40,731 nucleotides of DNA, taken from IMG/VR virus record IMGVR_UViG_3300020045_008448, positions 1 to 40,731 of that record; one strand, written 5' to 3'. Source of the stretch: a virus (taxonomy: Duplodnaviria; Caudoviricetes). The notes under the pieces are model-generated. The model saw only the letters and a program-made list of their open reading frames with translations, made no database searches and had not been told where the DNA came from. Of the stretch, positions 27,382-35,663 are shown one piece after another (positions within the stretch are counted from its first letter, which is position 1; the number at the start of each line of letters is the position of its first letter). The position numbers were made by a program, and so were the translations under genes.

Positions 27382-27879
27382 ATGAACACAGAAACAACAG
27401 TAGGCACACATTGGATGTGCACAAAGACAGTAATTATAGACTCTTCTGGCGAGCAGCGTTTCACACAAGGTAAAATTTACACTTGTGAGTATTATGGATG
27501 CTTGACAAATGATGTAGGCAATAAAAACCATATTATAAACCCAACATTCCTGGATAAGCACTTTATCCTATGTAGCTATTCTCGTTTTGGCGACATACGT
27601 GCCTGGGCAAAAAATAAAGGTATATTGGACAATGGTGACTCTAAGACCCAGACCGTCAAGCTTTTAGAAGAGGCTGGCGAATTGGCAGCAGCGGTGCTAC
27701 GGGGTAATAGAGCAAATGCCATTGACGCAATTGGTGACATGGTAGTAGTGCTCACTTCTCTTGCTCATCACCAAGGTACAACTATTGAAGAGTGTATTGA
27801 AGCGGCTTATGATGTTATCAAAGGGCGTACCGGTAAAATGGTTGATGGGGACTTTCAAAAGGAGGTTCCCAATGTATAG
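27382..27879 (+). CDS. MazG-like nucleotide pyrophosphohydrolase with an extra N-terminal domain
   Basis: KLLEEAGEL...DAIGD acidic motif; the MazG-like domain starts at about residue 68. Confidence 0.88.
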   Translation: MNTETTVGTHWMCTKTVIIDSSGEQRFTQGKIYTCEYYGCLTNDVGNKNHIINPTFLDKHFILCSYSRFGDIRAWAKNKGILDNGDSKTQTVKLLEEAGELAAAVLRGNRANAIDAIGDMVVVLTSLAHHQGTTIEECIEAAYDVIKGRTGKMVDGDFQKEVPNV

Positions 27880-28651
27880 TTTCGAAATACAATATCGTGA
27901 AGCGCTCAATACAATATGGCGACTTGGTGAATTGCGGTCAAACCGCACAGATACACCAGCACGCTCAATGTTTGACATAGGCTTCAGAGTACTTGTGAAC
28001 AAGTACTACCCAATACTTAATGGTAAGTCAATGGATATTAATATTGTGAATACGGAATTTGAGTGGTTTATAAACGGGCACACAAATACCAAACTATTCA
28101 ATGAAAGAGGTATTAAGATATGGGATGCTTGGGCTGATGACAAAGGTAATTTGGGGCCAGTCTATGGGTATCAACTTATCAACTTTAATGGTGACCCAGC
28201 TTGTAATCAACTCCAAGCTGTTATCAAGTCAATTATTGAAACACCTTTTCATAGACGACACGTTATATCTTTGTGGAACCCTCAGCAACTAAAAGAGATG
28301 GCTCTACCACCTTGTTACTTATACTTCCAGTTTTATGTTGAAGGTAATAAGCTTAATATGTTTGTGGTACAACGGAGTGGTGATATGTTTGCCGGAGTAC
28401 CCTTTGATATTTGCTTGTTTACCAATCTACTTGTTTGGGTAGCGGTACGGACCAATTTGATGCCAAACATTATTTCACATAGAATTGTTGATGCACACAT
28501 ATACGAGAACCACAAGGATGGGCTATATGAATATATGAACAGGTCTATGTCCTTAAAAGCTTTACCAATATATTCAGTTGACCTATTTGGAAATATCACT
28601 TTACACAACTATGACCCCTATCCACGTATTAAAATACCAATAGCAAAATAA
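27872..28651 (+). CDS. Thymidylate synthase-family enzyme with Asp in place of the dUMP-specificity Asn
   Basis: IWDAWAD, LGPVYGYQ, RRHVISLWN, MALPPCY, QRSGDMFAGVPFD and DAHIYENH; likely start ATG 27872. Confidence 0.92.
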   Translation: MYSFEIQYREALNTIWRLGELRSNRTDTPARSMFDIGFRVLVNKYYPILNGKSMDINIVNTEFEWFINGHTNTKLFNERGIKIWDAWADDKGNLGPVYGYQLINFNGDPACNQLQAVIKSIIETPFHRRHVISLWNPQQLKEMALPPCYLYFQFYVEGNKLNMFVVQRSGDMFAGVPFDICLFTNLLVWVAVRTNLMPNIISHRIVDAHIYENHKDGLYEYMNRSMSLKALPIYSVDLFGNITLHNYDPYPRIKIPIAK

Positions 28652-29073
28652 TGAACTGGCATAACACATACCTGAACATAGCTGAAGCCATTGCTCAGCA
28701 TTCAAAAGACCAAGATAGAAAAGTTGGTTGTATTGTAGTCAAAGATGGTCGTATCATATCAACCGGCTATAATGGCACACCTCACAACTTTGACAACAAC
28801 TGTAAGGACGAAAACGGGAAAACCAAAGCAGAGGTTATCCATGCTGAGTCTAATGCAATCACTAAATGTGCAAAGAGCACAGAGTCAATAGCTGGCGCTA
28901 CAATGTACTCAACGTTGAGTTGTTGTGTGGAATGTGCTAAACTAATTATTCAGTGTGAAATTAAAGAGTTCTATTACCTAGAAGCTTGGAAGGATAGTGC
29001 CGGACTTGATTTGTTGACAAAAGCTGGTGTCAAATGTTATAGTCTCGTTAATGACAGTAAAACAGTAAAATAA
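28651..29073 (+). CDS. dCMP deaminase family protein
   Basis: KVGCIVV, STGYNG, HAESNA and CVEC motifs. Confidence 0.92.
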   Translation: MNWHNTYLNIAEAIAQHSKDQDRKVGCIVVKDGRIISTGYNGTPHNFDNNCKDENGKTKAEVIHAESNAITKCAKSTESIAGATMYSTLSCCVECAKLIIQCEIKEFYYLEAWKDSAGLDLLTKAGVKCYSLVNDSKTVK

Positions 29074-29098
29074 TTCGATTGCTTGGCGTATATTTACA
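29046..29098 (+). promoter_or_regulatory. Conserved promoter/operator repeat, copy 3
   Basis: CGTTAAtgacAGTAAAACAGTAAAATAATTCGATTgctTGGCGTATATTTACA; overlaps the 3' end of the deaminase gene. Confidence 0.8.
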
Positions 29099-29122
29099 TT
29101 ATCAATAACAAATACAAAAATC

Positions 29123-29752
29123 ATGTACCAACACACATACAAACGCAAAAAGCGTGATTTCACTGACCCTCCTCCAATGGAGCACTTGGCAGAGTTACAG
29201 GAATGGCTCCAGGACTTATTCGAGACAGTCGTTGAGACCCTTGACAAACAACTACTTGCTCTTTATAACAAGACCGCAAATAAATACAATGCCTTATCCG
29301 GCAAAATCATATTTCTTAATTTTCAAAATCCAATACAAATGGCAACAACAAAAGCCGCCGCAGCCAAAAAAGAAACAGCTGCCGCCGCACCAACACCGAA
29401 GACAGCAGCAGCCAAGAAGGCAGCAGCAACACCAGTAGCTCCAGTAGCTGAGGAACCAGCTGAGAAACCCTTGTCTCAAAAAGAGACGGTTATTGCAGAA
29501 GCTGAAGAGGGTTTATCTGTGAATGAAATCGTTGAAAAACATGGTTTCATCAAGACAAATGTTTCATGGTATTTCAGCAAGCACAAGTTGCACAACTTGC
29601 CGGCGCAAATTGAGCGTAAGGCTAATGAAGCGGCTGAGAAGGCTGCTGCAAAAGCTGAAGTGGCTGCAGCAGTGGCCGCAACCAAAACAAAAGCTGCACC
29701 GGTACCAGCTGCATCAACTAAAAAAGCTGCAAGCGCTCAAAAAACCAAGTAA
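29123..29752 (+). CDS. HTH protein with Ala/Lys-rich histone-H1-like tails; probable internal start at 29339
   Basis: AAKK-type repeats flank EGLSVNEIVEKHGFIKTNVSWYFSKHKL. Confidence 0.75.
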   Translation: MYQHTYKRKKRDFTDPPPMEHLAELQEWLQDLFETVVETLDKQLLALYNKTANKYNALSGKIIFLNFQNPIQMATTKAAAAKKETAAAAPTPKTAAAKKAAATPVAPVAEEPAEKPLSQKETVIAEAEEGLSVNEIVEKHGFIKTNVSWYFSKHKLHNLPAQIERKANEAAEKAAAKAEVAAAVAATKTKAAPVPAASTKKAASAQKTK

Positions 29753-29753
29753 G

Positions 29754-30059
29754 ATGAATATTTTACTTGAGGCTGACCAAATAGTCAACCACAGAGCCGA
29801 GGAGAAGGAGAGGGTTTATGGCCCCTTTCCTGCCTCCATGGCGAAAGCAGCATCCATTGCAAGTGAACTATGCAATAAGGAGATTACCCAGGATGACATG
29901 TATAAAATCATGATTGCCCTTAAGCTCAGTCGTCTGGCTTATAGTTCAAAAGAAGACACAATGCTCGACGCTGTGGCATTTATTGCAGCGTTCAATAATT
30001 TAAAAAATAACAATCATGGCTCCAAAAAAGAACCCACCTCCAGTGGAAGAGAACTCTAA
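29754..30059 (+). CDS. DUF6378-like protein
   Basis: ILLEADQIVNHR...YGP...MIALKLSR...KEDTMLDAVAF pattern; ATG 29754. Confidence 0.7.
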   Translation: MNILLEADQIVNHRAEEKERVYGPFPASMAKAASIASELCNKEITQDDMYKIMIALKLSRLAYSSKEDTMLDAVAFIAAFNNLKNNNHGSKKEPTSSGREL

Positions 30060-30462
30060 CGTTGTAGTAATTGAGCTTGGTGAAAGCACTCTACAAGTTA
30101 TCCGCGATTTGACACAAGCTATCGTGTCACAAAAAGCACCAATCATTAACCTTAAGTCAGTTGATAGCACCGTGCTTGAAGCACTTGTGCAAGGACTTAC
30201 AAACAATGGTGGACATTTGCAACCAGCTCCAGTAGCAAATCTGCCGGCACCAAAACAAACACCGGCAGCTAAGACACCAGCTCCAACAGTTGAGCAAGCT
30301 ACTGTCACACTTACTCAAATTCGTGAACTCATCAATGCAAAAGTAGGTGAAGGTAAACAACCAGCAATTGTAGCTTTGCTCCAACAGCATGGTGCAAAAA
30401 ATGCAAGCACTCTTGATGAGAGTAATTTTGTTTCATTCTATCAAGGCTTAACTGAACTCTAA
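30016..30462 (+). CDS. Conserved hypothetical protein preceding DUF2800
   Basis: Pro/Ala linker and C-terminal TLTQIR...LLQQHGAKNASTL domain typical of this replication module. Confidence 0.7.
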   Translation: MAPKKNPPPVEENSNVVVIELGESTLQVIRDLTQAIVSQKAPIINLKSVDSTVLEALVQGLTNNGGHLQPAPVANLPAPKQTPAAKTPAPTVEQATVTLTQIRELINAKVGEGKQPAIVALLQQHGAKNASTLDESNFVSFYQGLTEL

Positions 30463-31631
30463 TGGGAAAGCACGCTCTATTATCGCCATCTGGTGCTAGT
30501 CGCTGGTTAGCTTGTCCGCCAAGTGCACGGCTTGAAGAGACTTATCCAAGCACTACTAATGTAGCTGCTGAAGAGGGTACCTTTGCACATGCTTTAAGTG
30601 AACTCTACCTGCGGAACCACTTAAAGCTGTTACCCGCTGTTGAGTACAAGAGACAACTCAGAATACTCAAAGCCAACAGTTTTTATAACTCTGAGCTTGA
30701 CGGTCATTGTGTAGACTACGTTGACTTCATTACAGAGAAGTTATCTGAAAGGCCTGGTTACACAATCTTCATAGAAGAGCAAATTGATATGACTCAATTT
30801 GTACCAGAAGGCTTCGGTACTGTGGATTGCGTTATCATATCAGATGGCATGCTTTGTATTAATGATTTGAAGTATGGCAAAGGTGTTGAAGTAAGCGCTC
30901 ATGAAAACAAGCAACTTATGTTGTACGCACTTGGTGCTCTTCAAAAGTATTCACTCATGTACGACATTGAAACAATCTCAATGACCATCTACCAACCTCG
31001 TCTCAATAACTTTTCAAACTATGAGATGAGTGCTGAAGACTTGCAAGCCTGGGGCGAAACAGTTGTGATACCCGCTGCGCAGATGGCCTGGGACGGGCAA
31101 GGTGAATTTACAGCTGGTAAGCATTGCCAATGGTGTAAAGCCAAGACAACTTGTAAAGCACTTGCTGACTACAACATGGACCTTGCTAAGTATGCTTTTG
31201 AAGACCCTAACAAATTAAGTGATGAGGCAATTGCTGAAATACTTGAGAAGGCCGCAGACTTTAAAACCTGGTTGACTAGCATCCAGACTTATGCCTTGAC
31301 TGAAGCTGCCTTGCGACAAAAGAAGTGGCCTGGTTTTAAACTGGTAGCAGGTAGAAGTAACCGCGTGTATGCCAATCCAGACGCAATCATTAAAGTTCTT
31401 AAGAAAGCTAAGATTGACTCTGGTTTATATTTGACTGAACCAAAGCTTATTGGCATAGGTGCTCTTGAAAAGAACCTCGGTAAATCAGAGGTAGCAAGAT
31501 TGGCTGGTACTTATATTATTAAACCAGCTGGTGCTGCAACACTTGTGCCAGAGTATGACAAGCGCCCGGAGCTTAATGGTCTAGAGGCTACTATTGCAGC
31601 TTTTGACGACGTCTCATTAACGAATGAATAA
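30462..31631 (+). CDS. DUF2800 Cas4-like PD-(D/E)xK nuclease
   Basis: HALLSPSGASRWLACPPS, GFGTVD, INDLKYGKG, QLMLYA and HCQWCKAKTTC motifs. Confidence 0.9.
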   Translation: MGKHALLSPSGASRWLACPPSARLEETYPSTTNVAAEEGTFAHALSELYLRNHLKLLPAVEYKRQLRILKANSFYNSELDGHCVDYVDFITEKLSERPGYTIFIEEQIDMTQFVPEGFGTVDCVIISDGMLCINDLKYGKGVEVSAHENKQLMLYALGALQKYSLMYDIETISMTIYQPRLNNFSNYEMSAEDLQAWGETVVIPAAQMAWDGQGEFTAGKHCQWCKAKTTCKALADYNMDLAKYAFEDPNKLSDEAIAEILEKAADFKTWLTSIQTYALTEAALRQKKWPGFKLVAGRSNRVYANPDAIIKVLKKAKIDSGLYLTEPKLIGIGALEKNLGKSEVARLAGTYIIKPAGAATLVPEYDKRPELNGLEATIAAFDDVSLTNE

Positions 31632-31666
31632 CGCCGCTCTCTGTGAAAACAAAGCAAATGAGATAT

Positions 31667-31679
31667 TATATTTGTAGTA
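31667..31679 (+). promoter_or_regulatory. -7 promoter box TATATTTGTAGTA
   Basis: Identical 13-mer to 3698-3710; intergenic, upstream of 31706. Confidence 0.6.
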
Positions 31680-31705
31680 TTATAAACAATTAAAAAATTA
31701 ACAAC

Positions 31706-32011
31706 ATGACAGACCGTCAAAAACAAATCGAGACAAAAACAAAAGAACTTGCTGAGCTGCTAAAAGCTGAAGCCACTGAAGCTCAAAAAACAACTGAACG
31801 ACAAGACTTTGAAGTGGCTGCTCTTCTTTGTGTCAGCATCTTTGACAACAAAGAGAAAACAAACAACTGCACAATTGTTGCTGTTGGTGCAGAGGCAAGC
31901 TTTGACCATATGATACGCAAAGGCTTTTGCAGTGAACTTAAAGCTAAAATGTGTGGCATTTTAATGGACCCATTTGAAGCTCTTCTTAGTCGTATGAAAC
32001 ACGGACGTTAA
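31706..32011 (+). CDS. Hypothetical protein
   Basis: 101 aa with an A-rich start. Confidence 0.7.
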   Translation: MTDRQKQIETKTKELAELLKAEATEAQKTTERQDFEVAALLCVSIFDNKEKTNNCTIVAVGAEASFDHMIRKGFCSELKAKMCGILMDPFEALLSRMKHGR

Positions 32012-32032
32012 CACTTTAAAACAATAAACAAA

Positions 32033-32581
32033 ATGGAAAAGAATCCAGCAAACATCACAATCGGCCCAGTACGCTTAAGCTACGCCCGATTGTTTGAGCC
32101 CGAGGCTATGAAGGAAGGTGACCCTAAAAAGTACTCTACTTCAGCTATTATCCCAAAAACGGATAAAGCAACTATTAAGAAAATCAATGCTGCCATTGAG
32201 GCTGCCAAAGCGACTGGTAAAGAGTCAAAATTTGGTGGTAAGATGTCAGGCTTGAAAACACCTTTGAGAGATGGTGATGAAGAGCGTGCAGAAAACCTTG
32301 AGTATGAAGGTAGCATGTTTTTGAACGCTAACTCCAATCAGCGCCCTGGTATTGTGGATGCAAACAGAAGTCCAATCCTTAACCAATCAGAAGTGTATTC
32401 CGGTTGTTACGGGTATTTGAACTTGACGTTTTATCCCTACAATTTCAACGGTACTCGTGGTGTGGCTGTAGGCCTTAACCACTTTATGAAAACCAAAGAT
32501 GGTGAGCCCTTAGGCGGTGGTATCAGTGTTGACGATGCCTTTGACGGTATTGATGCAACTGACGCTGACGACTTGTTGTAA
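32033..32581 (+). CDS. Single-stranded DNA-binding protein (DUF2815 / gp2.5-like)
   Basis: VRLSYARLFEP, PLRDGD and VYSGCY motifs; acidic C-terminal tail. Confidence 0.9.
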   Translation: MEKNPANITIGPVRLSYARLFEPEAMKEGDPKKYSTSAIIPKTDKATIKKINAAIEAAKATGKESKFGGKMSGLKTPLRDGDEERAENLEYEGSMFLNANSNQRPGIVDANRSPILNQSEVYSGCYGYLNLTFYPYNFNGTRGVAVGLNHFMKTKDGEPLGGGISVDDAFDGIDATDADDLL

Positions 32582-32592
32582 ACTATTTGGCA

Positions 32593-32640
32593 AGCTGTGA
32601 AACCTAATGGAGTGCGCCAGGTTCGAGTCCTGCACAGCTA
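32593..32640 (+). ncRNA. tRNA-like minihelix (acceptor-like stem plus T-arm only)
   Basis: AGCTGTG pairs with CACAGCT; CAGG-TTCGAGT-CCTG. Confidence 0.45.
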
Positions 32641-32659
32641 CTCACTTTTAAATTCAAAA

Positions 32660-32842
32660 ATGATGAAAGCATCAATCAAAAACAACGTCCTAACAATCGA
32701 GATTGAAATGGACAAAGACAGAAAACCTAGCGCAAGCGGGAAATCAATTGTAGTCGCTTCAACAAGAGGTAACAAGACATCTGAAATTCAGGTGGATGGT
32801 AAACCTTTAGTGATTGCCTTGAACGCTTATGTAAGCGCTTAG
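32660..32842 (+). CDS. Small conserved beta-rich protein (PSASGKSIVVASTRGN family)
   Basis: 60 aa from ATG 32660 with an A-rich leader. Confidence 0.75.
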   Translation: MMKASIKNNVLTIEIEMDKDRKPSASGKSIVVASTRGNKTSEIQVDGKPLVIALNAYVSA

Positions 32843-32875
32843 TAAATCAAAGACAGCCAGGAAAGACTGGCACAC

Positions 32876-32954
32876 GGCCTTTATGGTACACATTGCAAAT
32901 TTCTTTGTTGTTATTGATAGCATTGTGACCAGGTTCGACTTCCTGGTAAGGCCA
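32876..32954 (+). ncRNA. Degenerate tRNA-like element, 79 nt
   Basis: GGCCTT pairs with AAGGCC; CCAGG-TTCGACTT-CCTGG T-arm; no canonical D or anticodon arm. Confidence 0.45.
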
Positions 32955-32968
32955 CTAAAACAACAAAG

Positions 32969-33256
32969 ATGTTACACAGTAAACAATTCCAAGACATTGA
33001 AAGTGCTTTGCGCTTTGCCAATGATTTTAACAACAAACTCATACCTGTTAGTTTTGTTGATGTTACCCCTGGTCCAAGTATACTATTGGTATATGAGCCA
33101 ATTGAAGTACCAAAGCCTGGTACACATGAACAAGACTTGCTACGCGAGGCCGTAAGCCTAATCGATGATTTGGCCTATGACGGGCTTGATGCATCAGCAA
33201 ATGTTATAGGTAGATTATTTGACCTCCAAGCTAAAATAAAAAGATGCTTGAACTAG
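32969..33256 (+). CDS. Hypothetical protein
   Basis: 95 aa, overlapping the polA start. Confidence 0.65.
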   Translation: MLHSKQFQDIESALRFANDFNNKLIPVSFVDVTPGPSILLVYEPIEVPKPGTHEQDLLREAVSLIDDLAYDGLDASANVIGRLFDLQAKIKRCLN

Positions 33257-35178
33257 CTATAGATATTGAAACCTTCTCAAGTGTTGACTTGAAAAAGACT
33301 GGTGTGCACAAGTATGCTGAAAGCCCAGACTTTGAGATACTCTTGTTTGGCTACATGGTAGACGGTGTATACTGCGAAGTTCTTGACCTTGCAAACGGTG
33401 ATGCTGTTCCTAATGAAATCATGAACGCATTGCTTGACCCACGGGTATTAAAGACAGCCTACAATGCTGCCTTTGAAATTGCTTGTATATCTAACCATTT
33501 TTGTGTTGTACTAGATGCTTCTCAATGGTCATGCACACAGGCATTAGCTGCACAAGCTGGTTATCCTTTCGGTCTTGACATGGTAGCTAAAGTCATGGGC
33601 ACTGTTGAACAAAAGGACGCAGCTGGCAAAGCTCTTATCAAATACTTCTGTTTACCTTGTAAACCAACTAAAGCTAACGGTATGCGTACCCGCAATTTGC
33701 CTGAACATGACCCGGCCAAATGGGAACAGTTCAAAGAGTATTGTGCTGGTGACGTTATTACGGAACAAGCTGTACGGAAAAGTGTATTATCCTGGTTTAA
33801 ACCTATTCCATTCGAAGACAAGCTTTGGGCACTCGACCAAAAGATTAACACACGTGGCGTTAAGGTAGATATGAAACTTGTCGTTGAAGCTTTGTGTACA
33901 GACGAGCTTGAGACCAATAGACTTATAAGTCTTGCTCAGGAAATGACTGGTATCGATAACCCAAACTCAGATGCTCAAATCAAGAAATATATACTAGACA
34001 CAATTGGTGTTGATATTAAGTCACTTAACAAAGAGTCAATTGAAGAGGTAGAGAAACAAGTCAAAGGCACAGAAGTAGAGGAGTTGCTTGTTATCCGCAA
34101 GATGCTTAGCCGTACCTCTATCAAGAAGTTTGAAGCTATGCGAGTAAGTGCAGGGCTTGACAATCGTGTCCGTGGGTTATTCCAATACTATGGAGCTAAC
34201 CGCACAGGACGATGGGCTGGACGTAATGTTCAGCTCCAAAACCTTGTACGTAACTCTCTCAAGGACTTAGACTTTGCCAGGACTCTTGTACGTAACGGAA
34301 AACGTGACGTGCTTTACTTAACTTATGATGATGTTGGTAAGGTGCTTAGTAACTTGATACGTTCAGCGTTCATACCAGATGCAGGTAAGGTTTTGGTCGT
34401 ATCTGACTTCAGTGCAATTGAGGCGCGGGTGACTGCCTGGTTGGCTGGTGAGAAATGGCGTATGGATGTATTTGCAGGTGACGGTAAGATATATGAAGCT
34501 TCCGCCTCAAAGATGTTCAATATACCATTAGATAGTATTACTAAGGATATTCGCCAACGTGGCAAGGTAGCTGAGCTTGCTCTTGGCTACGGTGGTGGCG
34601 TAGGCGCACTTGTCCGAATGGGTGGCGAAGCTATGGGCCTATCTGAAGATGAAATGGAGTCTATTAAAGTGGCATGGCGTAAAGCTTCACCTACAATTCC
34701 GCGGTTGTGGCGATTGTGCAACGATGCAGCCATACAAGTTATAACTACTGGCGGTAGAGCTAATGTAAATGGCAAGTGTGTCTTTTATATGAAAAATGGT
34801 AACTTGCACATACAACTACCATCTGGACGACCGCTTATATATCTTGACGCCAAATATGACGGTAAGAATGTAACCTACTGGGGTATGGACCAGATCAAAA
34901 AAGTATGGTGCAAACAAACCACTTATGGGGGTAAGCTTGTGGAGAATATTGTTCAGGCAATTGCCCGTGACCTACTTGCCTATAACCTTGTTAAGGTAGA
35001 TGAGATGGGTTATGATATTACCATGCACGTGCATGACGAGATAGTCATTGAGAGTCTTATTGAATATTCAGCAGCCGACAAAACCATACTGACTACCTTG
35101 TTAAGTCAAGAAGTACCATGGGCAAAAGGTCTTGTACTTGGTGCTGAGACATTTATTGCAAACTATTATACAAAATAA
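33244..35178 (+). CDS. polA: Family A DNA polymerase with 3'-5' exonuclease
   Basis: DIET exonuclease motif, RTGRWAG, DFSAIE, RQRGKVAELALGY and HVHDE. Confidence 0.96.
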   Translation: MLELAIDIETFSSVDLKKTGVHKYAESPDFEILLFGYMVDGVYCEVLDLANGDAVPNEIMNALLDPRVLKTAYNAAFEIACISNHFCVVLDASQWSCTQALAAQAGYPFGLDMVAKVMGTVEQKDAAGKALIKYFCLPCKPTKANGMRTRNLPEHDPAKWEQFKEYCAGDVITEQAVRKSVLSWFKPIPFEDKLWALDQKINTRGVKVDMKLVVEALCTDELETNRLISLAQEMTGIDNPNSDAQIKKYILDTIGVDIKSLNKESIEEVEKQVKGTEVEELLVIRKMLSRTSIKKFEAMRVSAGLDNRVRGLFQYYGANRTGRWAGRNVQLQNLVRNSLKDLDFARTLVRNGKRDVLYLTYDDVGKVLSNLIRSAFIPDAGKVLVVSDFSAIEARVTAWLAGEKWRMDVFAGDGKIYEASASKMFNIPLDSITKDIRQRGKVAELALGYGGGVGALVRMGGEAMGLSEDEMESIKVAWRKASPTIPRLWRLCNDAAIQVITTGGRANVNGKCVFYMKNGNLHIQLPSGRPLIYLDAKYDGKNVTYWGMDQIKKVWCKQTTYGGKLVENIVQAIARDLLAYNLVKVDEMGYDITMHVHDEIVIESLIEYSAADKTILTTLLSQEVPWAKGLVLGAETFIANYYTK

Positions 35179-35182
35179 AACA

Positions 35183-35452
35183 ATGAAAATAAAACAAAAT
35201 AAAATAACCAATTATGGAAATGCTGTTGAAGTCAGAAGACACAACAGACGAATACTTGTAAAAGAATATCCACTTGACCAAAACGACTATCTCGTAGAAG
35301 TAAGTTTGGTTGCACCTGATACGGGACCCGCAGCTAGGCACAAGCACTTGCGTAATAAAGTGAGAGTTACTGGTATTCGCTTTACACGTACCGCAATGGA
35401 AGATATTTGCACAGCTTTTAAAATACTCAAAAACAACCAATATGATGGATAA
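35183..35452 (+). CDS. Hypothetical protein
   Basis: ATG 35183 just after the polA stop. Confidence 0.65.
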   Translation: MKIKQNKITNYGNAVEVRRHNRRILVKEYPLDQNDYLVEVSLVAPDTGPAARHKHLRNKVRVTGIRFTRTAMEDICTAFKILKNNQYDG

Positions 35453-35663
35453 CGAAATAAAAGAAACCCAAGAGATTGCAAATGACACGGTCATGATTGG
35501 CAATCCTGAACTTATCTCAAGTGCCTTCAACGCAATCGCTGCGTGTGAGTCATATAATTGCATGACTATTGAAGACACAGAGAGACTATTGAAAATAAAA
35601 ACAAAGTCTCTTGCAATTATAGAGGCTTGTATTGATGAACTTTATGAATATGCAATATCATGA
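35442..35663 (+). CDS. Hypothetical protein
   Basis: Coupled ORF, 73 aa. Confidence 0.65.
   Translation: MMDNEIKETQEIANDTVMIGNPELISSAFNAIAACESYNCMTIEDTERLLKIKTKSLAIIEACIDELYEYAIS

Noticed and set aside
27761-27871. N-terminal extension of the TS ORF (likewise 24782, 29523, 32597 and 35132 upstream starts)
   Set aside because: These overlap upstream genes or regulatory elements; downstream ATGs fit family length and gene coupling better.
30462-31631. Cas4 as evidence of a CRISPR system
   Set aside because: DUF2800 is a routine member of the SSB-PolA-SNF2 phage replication module; there is no array or other cas gene.
32876-32954. Functional tRNA gene
   Set aside because: No pairable anticodon stem or canonical D-loop, and an 8-nt T-loop; kept only as tRNA-like.
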